NCBI GenBank assembly: GCA_002269645.1
Contig: NIVC01001824.1
Location: 172,073-236,072, forward strand
DNA length: 64,000 nucleotides
Direction: 5' to 3'
DNA from: Macrostomum lignano
Lineage: Eukaryota
A model generated the notes under the pieces. That model searched no databases. It was given only the letters and a program-made list of their open reading frames with translations, and was not told where the DNA came from. The position numbers and the translations under genes are program-made. This document shows positions 59,007 to 64,000 of the stretch, in pieces (the first letter of the stretch is position 1; every line of letters starts with the position of its first letter).

Positions 59007-59494
59007 TGCTCAGCCAATCAGCCCGTTTTGTTTAACTGTTTTTGTTTGGAATGAAAGTTGAACTGTGTGAGGCGCAAGAGTCACCTGATTCAATAGTTCC
59101 GAGACAGTTTAGCCCTATGATAAATGTCTTTGACTGACAAAATCAGACTCATCCAGCTAACCCCAATTCAATCGTCAGGTCCTTGATAGTCAGTAGCCTG
59201 ATCAAATCTCGAATAGTCACTTCAACAGCAATCCTCGCTTATACTGTATACATATATGTGTGTACGTGTATGAATCTCCCTTGGGAATATGTTCTATTTT
59301 ATGCTTTTAGCGCGAGTTCGATCACGTGATGCCTAAACGCCCCTCCCAGGACTCAAAGACGAGTCAGTCGACTTTCTGATGTCTAATCTCGTTGATTATT
59401 GTGTAGATTGAATTTAATCAGCTGCTGGTAAGCTGTGACTCAGCTTCTGTGCCGCATCGGCATCTGTTCGAGGGCGAAGGAGAAAATCAGTACC

Positions 59495-60115
59495 ACAGGC
59501 TACTCAGTCATCCAGGCTACTCAATCACTCAAACTACTTAGCGACTCAAGCTACTCAGTCACTCAGGCTACTCAGTCACTCAAGCTACTCAGTCACTCAG
59601 GCTACTCAGTCACTCAAACTACTTAGCGACTCAAGCTACTCAGTCACTCAGGCTACTCAGTCACTCAAACTACTTAGCGACTCAAGCTACTCAGTCACTC
59701 AGGCTACTCAGTCACTCAAACTACTTAGCGACTCAAGCTACTCAGTCACTCAAACTACTTAGCGACTCAAGCTACTCAGTCACTCAGGCTACTCAGTCAC
59801 TCAAACTACTTAGCGACTCAAGCTACTCAGTCACTCAAACTACTTAGCGACTCAAGCTACTCAGTCACTCAGGCTACTCAGTCACTCAAACTACTTAGCG
59901 ACTCAAGCTACTCAGTCACTCAGGCTACTCAGTCACTCAAACTACTTAGCGACTCAAGCTACTCAGTCACTCAAACTACTTAGCGACTCAAGCTACTCAG
60001 TCACTCAGGCTACTCAGTCACTCAAACTACTTAGCGACTCAAGCTACTCAGTCACTCAAACTACTTAGCGACTCAAGCTACTCAGTCACTCAGGCTACTT
60101 AGTCACTCAAGCTAT
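59495..60115. repeat. Compound 17-bp-based minisatellite
   Basis: CTACTCAGTCACTCAGG / CTACTTAGCGACTCAAG units. Confidence 0.92.
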
Positions 60116-60884
60116 TTATATAGATCACCTTTTCTAGTAAAATTTAGAACGGAACAGAATGATGGTAAGTGCAAAAATATTTTCTACAACTGTTTTACAG
60201 TAAACACTAAAATAATTTTATAGTGCAGCTAACAGTTAAAAACGTCAAGATACTAACTTGACAGCAGCAAACTGACTGACTGATTGACAGGTTTTTAGTT
60301 GTCAATCACTGCTAGGAAGCTTACTACATTATGCTATACTTATATTGAAAGCCCCGTGCACACCTGCGATCATACAATAGAAATCTATCATGCAACTGAA
60401 ATGAACAAAGCAAGGGATTGACCTATTCAATATGAAATGTGCTGACTTAGTCACAGACAGGCTTTTTGCCAGTTTAACTACCCGCCTCAAGCTTCTGACG
60501 CAGGCATAAATAATGCAATACCGCTGACTGCATGATTTCTTGATTTGAGCTTACAAATATAATTTGTAAGCTCATTTCACAAAAAGCACTGATTATAAAA
60601 CACGGTTGAATCAGTCACCAATGTTTTTTCTTTGCTGCTTTTATCCCCCTATAAATCAGTTGAGCACGACTAAGGAATAATGGCCCACACATGCATGTAT
60701 GATTGCTCATATTGTTAGGCTGGAATTTTTTCTTTTCTTCAATCAAGCAATAAATCAAAAAGTCTTCAATGTCTGACAGCTTGTTGACATTTTCATATAT
60801 GCACAGCTATATGCTTGCAGAATAGAGAGGAACCATGGACCTTTTGAGTATACTTGGACTGGGTCGTTTTTTCTGTACAACCAA

Positions 60885-61495
60885 GAAACAGGGGCGCCTA
60901 CCAAGAGACAGGGGCGCCTACCTAGAGACAGGGGCGCCTACCAAGAGACAGGGGCGCCTACCTAGAGACAGGGGCGCCTACCAAGAGACAGGGGCGCCTA
61001 CCTAGAGACAGGGGCGCCTACCAAGAGACAGGGGCGCCTACCTAGAGACAGGGGCGCCTACCAAGAGACAGGGGCGCCTACCTAGAGACAGGGGCGCCTA
61101 CCAAGAGACAGGGGCGCCCACCAAGAGACAGGGGCGCCCACCAAGAGACAGGGGCGCCTACCTAGAGACAGGGGCGCCTACCAAGAGACAGGGGCGCCTA
61201 CCTAGAGACAGGGGCGCCTACCTAGAGACAGGGGCGCCTACCAAGAGACAGGGGCGCCCACCAAGAGACAGGGGCGCCCACCAAGAGACAGGGGTGCCCA
61301 CCAAGAGACAGGGGCGCCTTTTAAGAGACAGGGGCGCCCACCAAGAGACAGGGGCGCCCATCTAAGAGACAGGGGCGCCTATCAAGCGACAGGGGTGCCC
61401 ATCTAAGAGACAGGGGCGCCTACCAAGAGACAGGGGCGCTCATCTAAGAGACAGGGGCGCCCACCTATACACCAAGTATTGGCGCCCCTGTCTCA
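60885..61495. repeat. 20-bp minisatellite with one inverted terminal unit
   Basis: GGGGCGCCTACCAAGAGACA units; GGCGCCCCTGTCTC at ~61480-61493. Confidence 0.92.
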
Positions 61496-62067
61496 GCAAT
61501 GATTTCAGTATATTAAATGATTATAGAAGCAGCACATGTCAATTGAAGCAACACTGGAGGCCTTGCTTTGTTCCCCGAACAGGAGCTGGGCCGCAGCCGT
61601 GAGTGAATCACGTGACACACAGCGTGACAAGAGATGACAGCGCGCAATTTTTATGACTTATAGCCGCTCCACCCCGTGTGACTGATCACTTTTTGGTCCC
61701 CGTACTGTGTGGAATGGGTTGAATTTACGCAGGTAATAATGTATGTGCACTGGATCATGCTAATGCCAGGGTTAGAGAGGATTCCTAGAGGAGAGTGCAG
61801 AGAAGTGATGACGTCAATAACACTGGGGTAGAGCTCTGAGCTCAGAAGGAGCTCGGGGGACAGGGGAGTGACAGAATGCTGCGATTTTTACTCTGTCTGA
61901 TTTATTAATGATTTTTTATAGAGAAGTCTCCAACCCCCCCCCCCCTGATCAGACTGTTAGACATGTTCGTTTTCGTGCAGAAATTAAATTAGACATTTCA
62001 AAACATTTTCTACATTTTTTCACTATTGATTTGGCCACTTCTCTCTATAAAGTTGCTAGTAGTTCAC

Positions 62068-62800
62068 TCCCTCTCTACTTCTCTGCCTACCCTCTCTACT
62101 TCTCTGCCTACCCTCTCTACTTCTCTGCCTACCCTCTCTACTTCTCTGCCTACCCTCTCTACTTCTCTGCCTACCCTCTCTACTTCTCTGCCTACCCTCT
62201 CTACTTCTCTGCCTACCCTCTCTACTTCTCTGCCTACCCTCTCTACTTCTCTGCCTACCCTCTCTACTTCTCTGCCTACCCTCTCTACTTCTCTGCACTC
62301 TGCCCTCCCTTCTCTATTTCTCTACCTACCCTCTCTACTTCTCTGCCTACCCTCTCTAATTCTCTGCCCTCCCTTCTCTATTTCTCTATCTCCCTTCTAT
62401 ACTTCTCTGCCTACCCTCTCTACTTCTCTGCCTACCCTCTCTACTTCTCTGCCTACCCTCTCTACTTCTCTGCCTACCCTCTCTACTTCTCTGCACTCTG
62501 CCCTCCCTTCTCTATTTCTCTACCTACCCTCTCTACTTCTCTGCCTACCCTCTCTAATTCTCTGCCCTCCCTTCTCTATTTCTCTATCTCCCTTCTATAC
62601 TTCTCTGCCTACCCTCTCTACTTCTCTGCCCTCCCTTCTCTACTTCGCTGCCCTCCCTTCTCTATTTCTCTACCTACCCTCTCTACTTCTCTGCCTACCC
62701 TCTCTTTTTCTCTGCCCTCCCTTCTCTATTTCTCTACCTACCCTCTCTACTTCTCTTACTTCCCACTCTACTTCTCTGCTCTCTCCTCTCTACTTCTCAC
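62068..62800. repeat. 21-bp CT-rich minisatellite
   Basis: CTCTCTACTTCTCTGCCTACC units. Confidence 0.92.
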
Positions 62801-63139
62801 TTTTGGTTTAACCACTTCTATCTCTTCCCCTTTCATTCTCTCTCAAACTCTATCTTAAGCGGTACGTTAATTAATTTTTTAATAAAAATATTATCATTGT
62901 TGCCTCACAAGCCCTCTTCAACTCCGGATACAGTAGAATTATATGGCTTATTATTCAATTTTCAGCTAAATTCTTATTATAAAGCTTACAATTATTACTT
63001 TTACGTTCCTCTTCTCAATAAGAAGCTATCTGACAATAAAACTGCTTTTGAGTTTGTGAGTCAGTGGCTGCCGACACAATGAAACCGTCCCGGTGCCTTG
63101 GAGAGGGCGAAATTTGGAAAAAAAGACGCATCACAAACT

Positions 63140-63420
63140 TGAATCTGCCTCCCTCAATCTGCCTCCCTGAATCTGCCTCCCTGAATCTGCCTCCCTGAAT
63201 CTGCCTCCCTGAATCTGCCTCCCTGAATCTGCCTCCCTGAATCTGCCTCCCTGAATCTGCCTGCCTCAACATGCCTCCCTGAATCTGCCTCCCTGAATCT
63301 GCCTCCCTGAATCTGCCTCCCTGAATCTGCCTGCCTCAATCTGCCTCCCTGAATCTGCCTCCCTGAATCTGCCTCCCTGAATCTGCCTCCCTGAATCTGC
63401 CTCCCTCAATCTGCCTCGGT
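63140..63420. repeat. 14-bp minisatellite
   Basis: GAATCTGCCTCCCT units. Confidence 0.92.
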
Positions 63421-63644
63421 TCTGAATCGGTGCCTGAAAAAATGTCCTTATTACTTCTAGACATTCAACGCTCTGCAATCTGCACTTGCAACACAGTATA
63501 TTATAAAGAATTACTGTTGCTAAAAGTTTGGCATACAATGAAATATTGTGTAACAGATGGGTCGCGGCAGTACACACTGCAGCTTATCGACCTCCCTGAA
63601 GGATTGAACGACCTCCCTGATTGTATGCCAAACTTTTAGCAACA

Positions 63645-64000
63645 GTAACACATCCGGTTCCGAAACAGTTACATCCAGTTCCGAAACAGTCACATCCGGT
63701 TCCGAAACAGTCACATCCAGTTCCGAAACAGTCACATCCGGTTCCGAAACAGTCACATCCGGTTCCGAAACAGTCACATCCGGTTCCGAAACAGTCACAT
63801 CCAGTTCCGAAACAGTCACATCCGGTTCTGAGACAGGCAAATCCGGTTCCGAAAAAATCACATCCGGTTCCGAGACAGGCAAATCCGGTTCCGAAAAAAT
63901 CACATCCGGTTTCGAGACAGGCAAATCCGGTTCCTAAACAGTCACATCCGGTTCTGAGACAGGCAAATCGGGTTCCGAAACAGTCACATCCGGTTCTGAA
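63645..64000. repeat. 21-bp minisatellite (runs off the window)
   Basis: CAGTCACATCCGGTTCCGAAA units. Confidence 0.92.

Overview
Eukaryotic (metazoan) genomic DNA: spliced genes and very dense minisatellites. The overall style suggests a flatworm such as Macrostomum, but that is inference only. Host genes: a secreted LamG-like protein (6.3-7.4 kb), a five-exon TFIIIC subunit 2-like gene (15.7-23.2 kb), a filamin-repeat gene (28.4-55.3 kb) and a two-exon low-complexity gene (57-59 kb, minus). The main feature is a nested structure inside a ~22.9-kb filamin intron. A Neptune-type Penelope-like retroelement (PLE, minus strand, ~28.96-49.9 kb) encodes an ALKBH2/3-type 2OG-Fe(II) dioxygenase in ORF1. 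It appears to reach its RT/GIY-YIG ORF by a -1 frameshift at U_UUA_AAC and has a minimal hammerhead ribozyme in its 3' end. Its RT is split exactly by a 16,041-bp Polinton/Maverick (adintovirus-like) element with a 6-bp TSD, long TIRs and a full virion gene set (pPolB, integrase, ATPase, protease, major and minor capsids, PLA2, pX-like). Also present: a mariner, decayed RTE-type LINEs, a tRNA-derived SINE with TSD, and two foldback-like elements. Most frameshifts in the Polinton and PLE are single-base indels at homopolymers, so assembly error cannot be separated from decay without reads.
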